A DNA stretch of 64,000 bases from Cyanophora paradoxa CCMP329 (lineage: Eukaryota; Plantae; Glaucophyta), in the NCBI GenBank assembly GCA_004431415.1, contig QPMI01000436.1, positions 1 to 64,000 on the forward strand, in the 5' to 3' direction. The translations under genes were made by a program, and so were the position numbers. Of this stretch, positions 11,671 through 24,090 are shown piece by piece (the stretch's first letter is position 1; every line of letters begins with the position of its first letter). The notes beneath the pieces are model-generated. The model made no database searches. It saw only the letters and a program-made list of their open reading frames with translations, and was not told the origin of the DNA.

Positions 11671-14600
11671 TTAATGCCCCGCGGCGGGCCCAGCGGTGGC
11701 GGCGGTGGCGGCGGCGTCGAACTGGCGGCGGGCCCCCTCCACGAACGCCTCGTCGAGGAACTCCTCGAGGAAGTGGAGGAGGCGCGAGGCGTCCAGCGCC
11801 GTGCTCGCGATCCCGAAAGAGACGCGGACGGCCCCCTGGTCCTCGGGCGCGATCAAATCCCGCGCAAGCTCCTCGAGGGGGTACACGCCCGTCTCGTCGC
11901 CGACCTCCTTGATCCTCGCCCAGCGACGCTCCTGCTCGAGGAGCACCTCCTTCGTGCGCCCCAGCACCTTCTCCATGCAGCCTGGCGCGGCGTAAAATCA
12001 GCCAGAAAGAAATTCAAATAGCTCTGGAAAACTCTAAGCAAATGTTAGCATTTAATCCGGAGAACTAAAGGAGACTAAGTAAGAGCCAGCCGCACCGGGG
12101 TTGCAGAAGCAGCCGGTGCGGAGGGAGATGCCGCGCTCGGCGGCGAGGCGCTCGACGAGTCCGAAGTAGACGCCCCTCCCGTCCGCGTCGAAGAGGTTGA
12201 AGACGAGCGTCGCCCCGCGCCGCCCCGCCTCCATGTCGGGGTCCGGCCCCGGGCCGAAGAGCCTGACGAGGGGCCGCCCCGTGCGCGGGTGCCGCAGCGC
12301 CGCCATCGCCGGCATCACGTGCCGCATGATCGCGAACAGCTGCCGGCGAGGCGGGGCCGGTCGGCGCGGGCGGGCGGCGGGCCGGGGCGGGGCGGGCGGT
12401 GGGGGCGGACGCGGTGCTGGAGGGCGTGGAGGTGGTGCGCGAGGAACTCGAGGCCGATGGTCACCCCCGGCAGCATCTGGTAGCTGATCGTCCCGTCCTG
12501 CCCGGGCGAGGGGGTCAGAAGGCGGCTCGGCGGCCGAGACTCTGAGAGATTCGATTAAATATTCTAGCTAAATTTAGCAATGGCCATGGCTTCAGCTCTA
12601 GCGCTCGCGCACGCACCTCGTAGACGGCATGGAGCTTCTCAGGTTCGGGCTGCAGGATATGAAAGTTCGTCTGCTGCGTCACGAGTGCCACCGTACCGCC
12701 GGCGAAGTAGGGCTTGCGCAGCCGCTGCGCCGCCCCGTGCCGCAGCAAGAGGCACCCGATCCCCGTCGGAAAACCGAACATCTGTGCAGACGTCAAACAC
12801 GGCTCAATCTGAGCGGTGCGGCGCGAGGCCTAGGCCGCCTCGCCTTGTAGAAGGACATGGCGACGAAGTCGGGGCGCCACTTGGCGACGTCGAGGGTGCT
12901 GGTGGGCACGAAGGCCGAGGCGTCGAGGAGCACGTCCCAGCCGGCCTCGCGCGCCGCCGCGACGTGCGCCAGCGGGTGCTTCACCCCGCTCACGTTCGAC
13001 TGCGCGGGGTACGCGAAGAGGCCCCGCTGCCCCGCCGGCTTCTCGTGAAGGGCGCGCTGCGGGCGCAGGTCTAGGCCTCAGCGAACCCGGGCGGGGGACC
13101 CGATAGCTAGACCCCAGGGAGGGAAATCTGGAAATTCGGCGGGGCTCACGAAGAGAGCGGCCTCGTCCATGAAGAGCTCGTCCGTCAGGGGCACGTACGT
13201 GACGCTCGCGCCCTTCGCCCGCGCGAACTGCGGCGCCGCGTCACGCGAGCTCGAGGGAGGGGGGTACAGAGACTCGGGCGGCGGGGCGGGGCGGGCCTCG
13301 CGGATGCCGCCGACGGAGTTGTGGTTGTCGGCGGAGAGGAGGAGAGGGGCGCCGGGGCCGAACGTGTAGCACTCGCCGACGATGCGCAGCGCCCCCGAAG
13401 CGTTCGCCGTGAACACCACCGCGTAGTCCTGTCGCCCCGCTCATGATCAGCGCGGGCGCTGATAATGAAAGACCCGCTGGGGGCGGGGGCGGGGGGCGGC
13501 GCACGTCGGGGACATTGAAGAAGGTGCGGACGGCTTTGCGGGCGTCGGCCTCGCTGCGGCCGTGGACGCGTCAGAGTTTGTTCGAAAGGATGGATTCGAA
13601 AGAATGGGACGGACAGTGTTGAGGCGAGGTTGGACGTGGGGTTGATGCTGTGCGGGTTCCCGAGGACGTGTCCCTGTAGGAAAGAAAAGCTTTTGTTAGC
13701 TTTTGTTATAAGTAGAGTGTTAGCTTTTGTTAGCTTTGTTAGCGCGACTAGGGCTAGCCTGCAGGAAGTCGAAGAGCCGCTTCAGCTGGCACTGAAGAGT
13801 TTAAAAAGCTTGTTAGCTTGTTATAAGAAAAGCTTCTTATAAGCTCCCTCAGGAGCTTGGAGAGGCGCTTCAGCTGGCACTAGTACTGGCACGCCAGGCC
13901 GCCGCGCCCCCCGTGTAGTCCAAATACGCGTGCGCCTGCGCCTGTGCATGCAGGGTGTGGACGTCCACGCGGGAAATCTGGAATTCGAAGGGGGGTACGC
14001 GGTTTCGGACCTGGAGGGGCGTGTAGTTCGTGGCCTTGAGGCGGTCGAGCGTGCTGCCCTCCTTGTAGTGCGCGTCCTCGACGAGGGCCTGACCGCACGC
14101 GCGCGGGCGGGCGGGCAGAGACGGATCGCGATCGTTATATAATTAGAATCGAACGTATACGAATTATGTAATAATTAGAACCGCGGGCTGGGGCTCGGAC
14201 CTTGAACTGGGGGTGGAGGCCCTTCCCCTGGTCGAAGATGGGGGCCTCCGGCTCCTGCCCGATCGCGATTGCAAACGTTTATTAACGAGTGCAACAAATT
14301 GAAGCTTTCGAATTCTAGGAATCGGAGATTCGGAGCGATTTCGGGTCATGATCATCACATGTACAATACCAACGGACCCTGAACTCGAAGGAGGCCGAAC
14401 GGCTGCGGACGAACGTTTTCTGTGGGGCGAGCGAGCAATCAGTGCGCAAGTCAGAACTGTACATGTGTTCAAATGGCTCGCGAACACCTGGCCATGGCGA
14501 GGGGCGAGGTCCTGGAGGGACGAGCGCCGCGGGGGCTTGCAGTTGCCGGCGTCCATTGCGATCGCGAGCTCGTCGATGTCGCTGGAACGAAGCTCGACAA

Positions 14601-14934
14601 TTTCCATCACTTCTTCTCCGCCCTTGGCAGCGGCACCAGTACCGGTGCGCGTGTCGGCGCGCGCGCTATGGCGCTGACCATGAAACGACGAGCTGGCGGC
14701 GCTCCCATTCGGCGACGGCGCGACGGCGTTGATGTTGACGATCCCAATCGGCTTAAAGTCGCCGCTTGCGGCAGCAACGGCGACGGCGACGTCGACAGCG
14801 CCGGCGCCGCCGCCGGCCTGCGTCTTCTGACCATGCCGCTGCGTGCTCTGCCCGAGCTGCGGCGCGCTCTGCGGGTGCGCATGCGCGGCCTTGACGGTGG
14901 AGCGCGCGCCGCTGCTCGAGCTCCCCGCGCCCAT
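11671..14934 (-). CDS. Molybdenum cofactor sulfurase-like PLP enzyme (aminotransferase class V, no MOSC domain), paralog 1; possible lesion near 13880-13905
   Basis: Motifs YLDYTG, VLGNPHS, VVFTANASGALRIVGE, DNHNSVGGIRE, YPAQSNVSGVKHPL, VLLDASAFVPT, SFYK|MFGFPTGIGCL (PLP lysine), ISLRTGCFCNPG (persulfide Cys) and GAVRVSFG. The N-terminal exon starts MGAGSSS. Confidence 0.85.
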
Positions 14935-15702
14935 CTTGACGACGGCAATGCCGATGGGAGAAGCGCGCCGCGCGCTGGGAGCTGCAGCTACGAGGCTAGC
15001 AGTCCGGCGGAACTCGGAATTCGAAGGACGGTCGTCAGCTGCCGCTGGACGACGGTCGACGTCGGAGCAGTGCCGCCGGTGCGTCGCTGTGTCTTCGGAG
15101 CGTTTCAAGTTCTAATTCGGTAGTGGCATCGGTACTTGCAATTGCGCTCAAGCTTATGGTCGATCACTGACCGTCGAACGACGATCAGTGATCGATATCT
15201 GATCACATGATCGGCGGATCGACGTCGACGTCGGTGAATTAATCGATCGAAATCAGATCTAGATTCAGATAAGAATTGCAAAGTTGCAAATTCACCTGCG
15301 ATAGGCCAGGCCGCCGACGCCCGCCGACGCTGTCACGGCGGCCGCCGGGCGGCGTGACGGCGCCGTGCGGGACGGTGCGGCCGCTGCGGCGGCAGTGCGG
15401 CCATGGTAAGTTCCTCGAACACGCGCAACCCTAACCTGCAAGCTCAAGGAAAAAAACGAATTCAACTTGAACAGCTCCGAACTCCGGATTTGAGTACCCC
15501 GCGATCTGCATCCGGGACCGGGCGGCCCGGGCCCTCGAGCTCGGCCTCGGCCAATCGCGCGCGCATCAGCAGAGACAGTCTAGATCTCTGTACCCTCAAT
15601 TAGAGATAGAGCCACTCCTTCTGAATCTAGAACCTCGAGATCTAGACGCTAGCCTAGTGGCGCCGGCGCCGGCGCCGGCGCTAGTCGTCGCTAGCTAGCT
15701 AG

Positions 15703-18151
15703 CTAGTCGTCGGCGGGGCCGGCCGCCGCCTGGAGCCCCTGAGGGTCCGCCTCCAGCGACTCCTGCCGCCTCCGCACCGCCTCCAGGTTCCTCTGAGGGT
15801 ACTGCATCAGGCCCGGGGGTACAGCGTTTTATCTCGGGAGGGGGTACGCCGCGCCTGGACGACGAGCTTCTCGCCCCGGCGTACGCGGATGGCGTTTCGT
15901 ATGTTCTCCGGGAGGGGCCGCTTCAGCAGCTCCCGATCCTCCTGTACCCCCCGGATCGCGAGAAAGGGGGCGGAGCGGGGAGGGGTACAGACCTCGGCGG
16001 AGGTCTCGAACTTGGCGTCGAGGCTCTCGAGCGTCCGCCGCAGGCTCGCAAGCACCTGGGTACAAGTCGGTGCCGGGGAGGGGGCAAGCGAGGGGGGTAC
16101 GCTGCGCGCGCCTCCATCTCGTTCCGATAGGAGACCGGGCGGCCCTCCGCGGGCCCCTCGTGCATCCCGTGGTCCATCTCTGGTACCCCCGCGAGGGGGA
16201 GGACGAGTTCAGGAGGGGGTACAACTGGCGCCGGGTTCCGGGGGGGGGGTACCGCACCGAAAGGGTCGAGCTGCATGACGCGGAGAACGAAGAGGAGGTC
16301 CCAGGAGGCGCTCCCGTTCGCGAAGAGCGGGAAGGACGCGTTCCTGTACCCCCCACCGTAAGAAAAAAGTGGAGGGTACGAGGAGGGCCGGGCGCGCTTG
16401 GAGATGCCGCGCTGCTGGAGGATGCGGAGCTTTTCCTTCCCGAACGTCTGCTCGTCCACTCTGACGTCCACGCGGACCTTAAAATAGCAAAGGGGGGGGA
16501 GGGCGTCAGCAAGGGGGAGGGGGGAAGGAGGCGAACGTTCTCCTGACCGAGTCGGCGGGGTTCTCCTCCATAGTGAATCCGTAGAGCTGCAGCAGGGCCC
16601 CGTTCCCCTGCTCGCCGTAGCTGATCGTGACCTGGCGGCGCGAGGCGATAAGAGAACGCGAGAGGAGTGAGCGCCGGCGATGTGTCGGGGCGAGAGGAGA
16701 GGGCGGCAGTGATCGCGGCGCCGCGCTAGGCGTGGCCCGCGTACCCCTCCAGCCTAGAGCGTGGCCGTCGCCCGCAGCGCAGCGCTAGGCGTGTGGCAGC
16801 GCTAGACGTTCCAGCGTACCCCTCTAGCCTGGCCCAGCCGTCGTCGGCAGCGCAGTGCTAGGCGTGCCCGCGGGGACGGGCAGGCGGGCCGGAGGGCGGG
16901 CGGCGCCCCCTCTAGCCTAGAGCCGAGCCGTCCCCTCCGCCCCCCCTCTAGCCCCGCAGCACGGACTGAACTGACCTCCTCGCCGCTCCGCCAGGCCCGC
17001 CCCGGCGTGCTCATAACGAAGCTCTGCGACATCTCGTCCATCCCGGGCGCCGTCTGCCGCTCCGCGTAAATCAGAAGGGGGGGAAGGGGGGAGGGAGAAG
17101 GGGGGTACCGGGATGCCCGGGGCGTGGTTGAGAAAGTCCGAGAAGGGGGTTAGCACCCGGAGGCGCTCTCCCTGAGAGGGAAGGGGGTTACAGCTTAGCC
17201 AAGGGTGGGGAAGGGAAGAGGGAAAGCAGGGGGGGTACGCGGCACCAGCCAGACGACGTCCATCCCGCGCGAGAAGATAACGGAGAGTGCCCAGCGGTAC
17301 GCCGCGAGGGTGTACTGCATTGATTGTGAGTCGGGGGGGGAAGTTGGCGGGGGGTACGCGCCTTCTTCTTGGGGAAGAGGTCGGGGTGCTTGGCGACGAG
17401 GGGTAGGACCATGTTCTCGTGCTCGCGGCGCATCAGGTCGCGCATGGCGCGGGGTACAGAGGCGACGCTGGTCCCGCGGAGCGCCTCGGCCTCCTCCTCG
17501 TCGAAGTACGCCAGGGTCGAGAACTGCTTCGGGAGCAGCTGGATGTAGGGCCTCCAGAAGGACGCGTTGTTGAAGCGCTCGTCCAGAAGGTGCAGCGCCA
17601 GGACGCAGTCCTGTGCGAACGAAGCGCGGGCGCGGCGGTCGGCGCGGGCGCCGCGCGCGGGCGGGCGGCGTGAGGCGGGGGCGCCGGCGGGCCTTCGAAA
17701 GGGTGTTCTCGTTCGCACGGATGACGTGGCCGATGCGGGGCGACTGCCGCGCGGTCGCCTGCGACATGAGGAGCCGCAGCGGGATCCGCATGACGGGCTC
17801 GTCCGGCTGCGACCCGCGGCTCCGCGTCGGAAGCTAGGCGGCGGCAGCGGGCGGGCGGATGGGCCAGCGCACGCGGATTGGTTGCTTCGCGTAGATGCCG
17901 AGGCCCTTTCCGGAGGTCTCCGCGAGCACCAGGCGCGCGTGCGGGACGCGGTTCTCGGCAAGCCATCGGAAGAATTCCGCATACTTCGCGTCGCCCGACA
18001 AGTCACGGTCTGCGTGCCGCGGAAATCAGCGCGGCGACGCATGCCGCTGCGTCGAGCGGGCGGCCCGGCACGCACACGCCAGCGCCGGTGCGCTCAGGGC
18101 GAGGACGAAGGCCGCGAGCAGCAGCGGCGCGGCGATTCCTCTCGCTCGCAT
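15703..18151 (-). CDS. SET-domain lysine methyltransferase, Rubisco-LSMT/SETD3/SETD4 class, with N-terminal signal peptide; multi-exon
   Basis: FFRWL, GKGLGIYAKQPI, VMRIPLRLLMS, LALHLLDERFNNASFWRPYIQLLPKQFSTLAYF, YRWALSVIFSRG, LTPFSDFLNH, VTISYGEQGNGALLQLYGF, then a substrate-binding-like tail (ETSAE|EDRELL...NAIRVRRGEKLVV). Confidence 0.9.
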
Positions 18152-18510
18152 CGCGCTTTCCTGTGTGTAGCTAACGGCGACGCCCGCCGCTCTCCCGCCA
18201 GTCCCGTTCCCCCGCGCCGCTCGCTGATGACGTAGCAGCTTCGACGCGACGCCTGGAACGATGCAAGTGCTTCTTGCGCCCGCTCCCGCGCGCTGCAAAT
18301 CGGTTCCGGTGCGCCCTGGCTGTCTGCAGGGCGAGGTTGCTCGGTCTGGCGGGGTACAGTCTCGGGAAGGGGGGAGCGAGTCGTGGGCGTTGCAAAAACG
18401 CCGGCTCCCGTAATGCCTCCGGGGCGAAGGAGAAGGCGGCGAGCACGCGGCCGCGCGCAGCGAAACGCCCCTGGAGACGTAGGCCGCGCTCTGAAACCCT
18501 GGAGATCGGC

Positions 18511-21500
18511 ATGGCGCCGCGGGAGAGCGCAGGGCTTGCGGCAGCTCGCGCTAGCGCTGAGTTCGAGGCGGCCGCTCCGATAGCCGCAGGAGAACAGCGC
18601 GTCCGTTTCGTCGTGGCTGGCGTGCCGGGGGTCACGGAGCTGCTTGCAAGCGAGATAGAAGAGTGGGCGTCGCTCCGCAACCAGCGCGTGCTGCGCGCCA
18701 GCTTCGCTCCGGATGCCTCGCGGCCCGGGGAGCGGATGATCATTGACGCCAGCGCCTTCAAGACGCACCGGTGGCATGCGAACGTCGTGTATGACCTGCA
18801 GCTGGAAGGTGCGCCTTCCCGACGCGCGCTCCGATCGATATCATCCGCGCCCTCGCGTGCGCCATTGACGTGCGGTGGCCGCTCGCAGATCGGGACGTTT
18901 CAAGGTGCTTCGACATCCGCGCTTTGGCCCTGTGAAGGCGCCGCGGCCTCAGCCGCGGCCACGCCGCGCCTGCAGCGCTAACGACGCTAACGCTCGTGCC
19001 GCGCGCGCAGGCCCTTCCTGTGGTGGCTCACTCGAGACTCTCCGCCGCGGGTCCGCGCGCGCCCCGCAGTAGCTCTGATTTGATCTCATCCCGGCCCGGC
19101 GCTAGGACGCGGACGCTCAGCTCGGCGCCCTGCGGGAGCAGGTGGAGTCGCTGTCGCGGGCGCTGGAGGAGGAGCGGGGGGAGCGGCGGCGGGCGGCCGC
19201 GGCGCTCGAGGCGCGCGTGCGGGGCCAGGAGGCAGCGCTCCGCGAGGCCGAGGCTCGGCTGATGGCGGCCGTTGCTGGGATGGCGGAGCTCTCCGGCGCC
19301 GTCAGCTTCGCGGCCGGGGCGGGGCCAGAGCGGCGCCGGCGGTCGCGAGAAGCGCCCGTCGCAGCGGCGGCGCCGGCGGCGCCGGCGGCAGCGCGTGCCG
19401 AGCGGGCGCCTGAGGAGCAGCCACGGACCGCAGCGGGCGCCCCCGCCTCCGCGGCGGAGCCCCCCGGGCGAGCCGAGCGCCGGGAGGATTCGAATTCGAA
19501 CGCGGCGGATTCGAACCAGCAGCCTCCTCCCCGAAAGTCCTCCATACGGACCTGCGCCCCGCGTCTGGTGAGCGAGCGCCTCGGATCCCGATTTGAGCGC
19601 TCATATGATTCTGATCTGATCGGAGCGACGCGCGCGCGCGCGCGTGCGCTCGGCAGGGCGAGTGCGCCCGGACCCCCTCGTTCGTCTTCAAGGTCCGCCC
19701 ACGCCCGCTCGCGCTCGCGCGGGGCGGCGGCGCTGCCGCCGTCGTCAACCTGGGATCCCACTGACCGCCCCCGATCGCGATCGCGGTTCGCGATCGCGCA
19801 GGAGCCGGAGCCGCCGGTCTTCGCGATCGACCACGGGAAGGGCATCCACCCCCGCTTCAGGGTCCGTCTCACCGCCTATCCCGCCCGGCCCGGCCCGCCC
19901 CCCGCCCCCGCCTCCTACCGCCCTTCCGCGGCTACGGCTTTGTTTCCGCTTGATTTTAGCTCTCTTGCCGCTTCTGTCCCGAACCAGACCGAACCACTCC
20001 ACAGACCCCTCACCACCTACCCTCCAAGAGCCGCCCTCCTCCTCCTACTCCCCCCGGACCCCCCCCCCCCCCCCGACCCCTACCCTTCCGCCCGCCCCCA
20101 CCGCATTCGTAAGTCTGTCCTCCCCCCCTCCCCCCTCCCCTCCCCCCAATTTCCCCCCCACCTCCACCCCCAACATCCCCCCTCCAACTCCACCCCACCC
20201 ATCCCACCTCCCCGCCCGCTTCCTCCCGGCCCCTCTTCCCGCCTCCTTGAGGATGCCTCCGTTCTATTCTTACCCCACCCCCCCCCACCCACCCCCACCC
20301 CACCCCCTCCCCACCCCACCCACCCCAAACCCCAGCCCCCCCCCCCCCCCCCCCCACTTGATTAGCCGTAGCCGCTTCTCCCCCAAACCAGACCGACATT
20401 GATTCTAGCAGTTGAAAAGCCACAGGCCCCTCTAACCCCCTACCCCTCGACCTCCTCCAGTTCCCTCGACGCTGACGGCCTGTCCCTGCCCCCCCCCCCC
20501 CCTCCCTCCCCGCGCGCGCAGGCCCTTCTCGAGGACGGGGACTACAACGAGGGGGGCAGCCTGGACCACCTTGGGGCCACGAGCTACGCCCACCTCTACG
20601 TGCGCGCATGTAAAGAACATTTGCGTGGGGAACCTTTTCTAGAGCGTTTGCGGGCGACCTGCGTTTCTAGATCGCGCGGAGCATTTCCACCCGAGCGTTT
20701 ATAGATACAACAGATGTTAGCGTTTCTAAACCTCCCTAACTGAGCCGCTGAGCGTTTCTAGCCTCAAGCTTTGAACGCTCCTGAAACGTTCTCCGAGCAG
20801 GAGCAGTCGCACACCTACCTTGACTACACGGGGGGCGGCCTGGCGTGCCAGAGTCAGGTCAAGCGCCTGTTCAAGCTGCTGAGGAAGCACGTCCTCGGCA
20901 ACCCGCACAGCATGAGCCCCACGTCAAACGTCGCCACCGCCCTGTGAGGCCCTGCGCCGTTCTGATCTGATCTGATTTCTGATCTGATCGGAGTCTGATC
21001 TGCTGCATCCGCAGCGAGGCCGACGCCCGCAAAGCCGTCCTCACCTTCTTCAACGTCCCCGACGTGCGCCGCCGCCCGACCCCGCCCCCAGCGGCTCTCG
21101 TCGTTACCAGCGCCCGCGCTGATCATGAGCGGGGCGACAGGACTACGCGGTGGTGTTCACGGCGAACGCGTCGGGGGCGCTGCGCATCGTCGGAGAGTGC
21201 TACGCCTTCGGCCCCGACGCCCCCCTCCTCCTCTCCGCCGACAACCACAACTCCGTCGGCGGCATCCGCGAGGCCCGCCCCGCCCCGCCGCCCGAGCCGC
21301 TGTACCCCCCTCGCTCGAGCTCGCGTGACGCGGCGCCGCAGTTCGCGCGGGCGAAGGGCGCGAGCGTGACGTACGTGCCCCTGACGGACGAGCTCTTCAT
21401 GGACGAAGCCGCTCTCTTCGTGCGCCTTTAACTCGTCGAATTTCCAGATTTCCCGCCTTGGGATCTAGCTATAGGGTCTCCCGCTCCGGTGTTGCTGAGG

Positions 21501-23332
21501 CCGCGCCCCCCTCCCCGCAGCGCGCGCTGCGGGAGAAGCCGGCGGGGCAGCGGGGCCTCTTCGCGTACCCCGCGCAGTCGAACGTGAGCGGGGTGAAGCA
21601 CCCGCTGGCGTACGCCGCGGCGGCGCGCGAGGCCGGCTGGGACGTGCTCCTCGACGCCTCGGCCTTCGTGCCCACCAGCGCCCTCGACGTCGCCAAATGG
21701 CGCCCCGACTTCGTCGCCATGTCCTTCTACAAGGCGAGGCGACCTAGGCCTCGCGCCGCGCCGCTCACTGGAGGGGCGGGCAGAGTTGACGCCGGCGCGC
21801 TCGCAGATGTTCGGTTTTCCCACTGGGATCGGGTGCCTCCTGCTGCGGCACGGGGCGGCGGCGCGGCTGCGCAAGCCCTACTTCGCCGGCGGCACGGTCA
21901 CGTTGGTCACGCAGCAGACGAGCTTCCACATCCTGGAGTCGAACCCGGCCAGGATGCACGCCGTCTTCGAGGTGTGTGTACCCGGGTGGCCGCCCCTGCC
22001 GCCAGATCGCGATGACCATAAAAACGTTAACATAGCTATTGCTAGAATCGATATCGAATCTCTCAGCCGCCGAGCGTTAACCGCCGCCCGACCCTCTCGC
22101 CCATGCCTCTCGCCCATGCCACCCTCTCGCCTCTGCGTGCACTATTAGCCATAAGCGCTGAAGCGCTGAAGCCATAGCTAAATTTAGCTAGAATATTTAA
22201 TCGAATCTCTCAGAGTCTTGGCCGCCGAGCCGCCTTCTGACCCCCATGCCCGGGCAGGACGGGACGATCAGCTACCAGATGCTGCCCGGGGTGACCATCG
22301 GCCTCGAGTTCCTCGCCCACCACCTCCACGCCCTCCAGCACCGCGTCCGCCCCCCGCCGCCCCGCCCCGCCCCGCCCGCCTTCTCCGCCGCGCCAACCGG
22401 CCCGCCGCGCCCTCAGCTCTTCGCGATCATGAGGCACGTGATGCCGGCGATGGCGGCGCTGCGGCACCCGCGCACGGGGCGGCCGCTGGTGAAGCTCTTC
22501 GGCCCCGGGCCGGATCCTGACATGGAGGCGGGGCGCCGCGGGGCGACGCTCGTCTTCAACCTCTTCGACGCGGACGGGAGGGGCGTCTACTTCGGACTCG
22601 TCGAGCGCCTCGCCGCCGAGCGCGGCATCTCCCTCCGCACCGGCTGCTTCTGCAACCCGGGTGCGACTGGTTCTTCATTATATTAGTCTCCTTCAGTCTC
22701 TTAAGCTTGTTATCTTGTTCTTCATCTTGTGCTTCCAGCTGCTTAATGCTCCTAGCTTCTTAAATTCTGCTTCTTCTACTGATTCTTCTACGCCGCGCCA
22801 GGCTGCATGGAGAAGGTGCTAGGCCTCACCCGCGGACAGCTCTCGGAGCTGGAACGGCGCTGGGGGGCCATCGTGGCGGCCGGGGGCGAGGCCGACCCGG
22901 ACGTCTACACGCTCCTCACCGACGTGCGCGCGGGGGTTATAACTGATATATATCGATATTGTATTTGAGAGTCTGCGCAACGTTAACGTAACCATGCATG
23001 CGATAAAGTGCCGCGTACCATAAGTGCCGCGTACCATATGCGCGCGCGGGTTATAATTGATATTGGATTTGAGAATCTGCGATAACAATGCATGCGATAA
23101 ATTAAAGTACCTGAAACGTGCACATGTCGCTGAAACGCACCCGGCGCAGGGCCTGATCCCCCCCGAGGGCCAGGGGGCCGTCCGCGTCTCTTTCGGGATC
23201 GCGAGCACGGCGCTGGACGCCTCGCGCCTCCTCCACTTCCTCGAGGAGTTCCTCGACGAGGCCTTCGTGGCGGGGGCCCGCCGCGAGTTCGAGGCCGCCG
23301 CCGCCGCCGGGCCCGCCGCGGGACAGTTATAA
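18511..23332 (+). CDS. Molybdenum cofactor sulfurase-like PLP enzyme (no MOSC domain), paralog 2, with long coiled-coil N-terminal extension
   Basis: YLDYTGGGLACQSQVKRLFKLLRKHVLGNPHS, SFYK|MFGFPTG, GISLRTGCFCNPG and GAVRVSFG are intact. The core from ~19800 onward is secure; joining of the 18511-19550 exons is inferred. Confidence 0.85.
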
Positions 23333-23605
23333 CACTAGCACTACGTAAACGATAGTTATATTATATATAGTGGTATGTTGTTGCAAGCTTGGCCTTCGAA
23401 CTCGAAATGAATTACTTGTCCAGCTCCGGGGTCGTGGGCGGCTTCGCCACTCTAGAAACGTTCAATTAAATATTTGGAGTGGGGGGCGCCCCGCTCTGCA
23501 CCCACGTGCACCGCTGACGTCCGGCCACCTTTGCCCTCCGACAACCCTCCAGCCGGCCCCACTCTCAGAGAGTCTCCCCCCTGGCCCCAGCCTCGAGCTC
23601 CCCGT

Positions 23606-23647
<42 letters not shown>

Positions 23648-23852
23648 CGGCCTCGGCCGCCCCCTGACCTCGAAATCGGTCGACGTCGCTTTCCCGGCTT
23701 CGGCCGCCCCCCCAGCCTCGGCCGAAACAGCTACTCGTCGGCGACGTCGAGGGCGTCGGCGAAATAGGTACCAAAATAATAGAAACAGCTATAGGTACTC
23801 GTCGGATATAATAGCTATAGAAAAAGCTAGAAGCACGGTAGGAACAGCCGCA

Positions 23853-24048
23853 GCTACTCGTCGGGGACGGCGACGAAGCCGAGCCTCGGAGGGGCACGCC
23901 GCCGCCGGCGTCGGCGCCGGCGCCGCCCCCGGCGAGCCCCGTCAGGATCGCCTCCTGGTCCGCCGCGAAGCCGCTGCGCCGGAGAAAGTAGGTCAAGCTT
24001 AAGATCGAGAGTACTAGTTCAGCATCTAAAACGAAGAGCCGCTGCATT
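23853..24048 (-). pseudogene. Orphan, degenerate duplicate of the last exon of the gene at 33060-35515
   Basis: LRRSGFAADQEAILTGLAGG...GFVAVPDE* matches 33059-33226 (RRSGFAVDQEAILAGLGGG...GFVAVADE*). It carries an 8-nt insertion, and no upstream exons are visible. Confidence 0.7.
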
Positions 24049-24090
24049 AGCACATAGAGAAGAAGCACCCTCCAGGTGGATTCTATTATA

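Noticed and set aside
20040-20360. Long C-rich and G-rich tracts (also 23607-23646, 40380-40440, 61300-61720) as G-quadruplex elements or polyproline exons
   Set aside because: They fall in introns or intergenic DNA and look like low-complexity, possibly low-quality sequence; no specific function can be supported.
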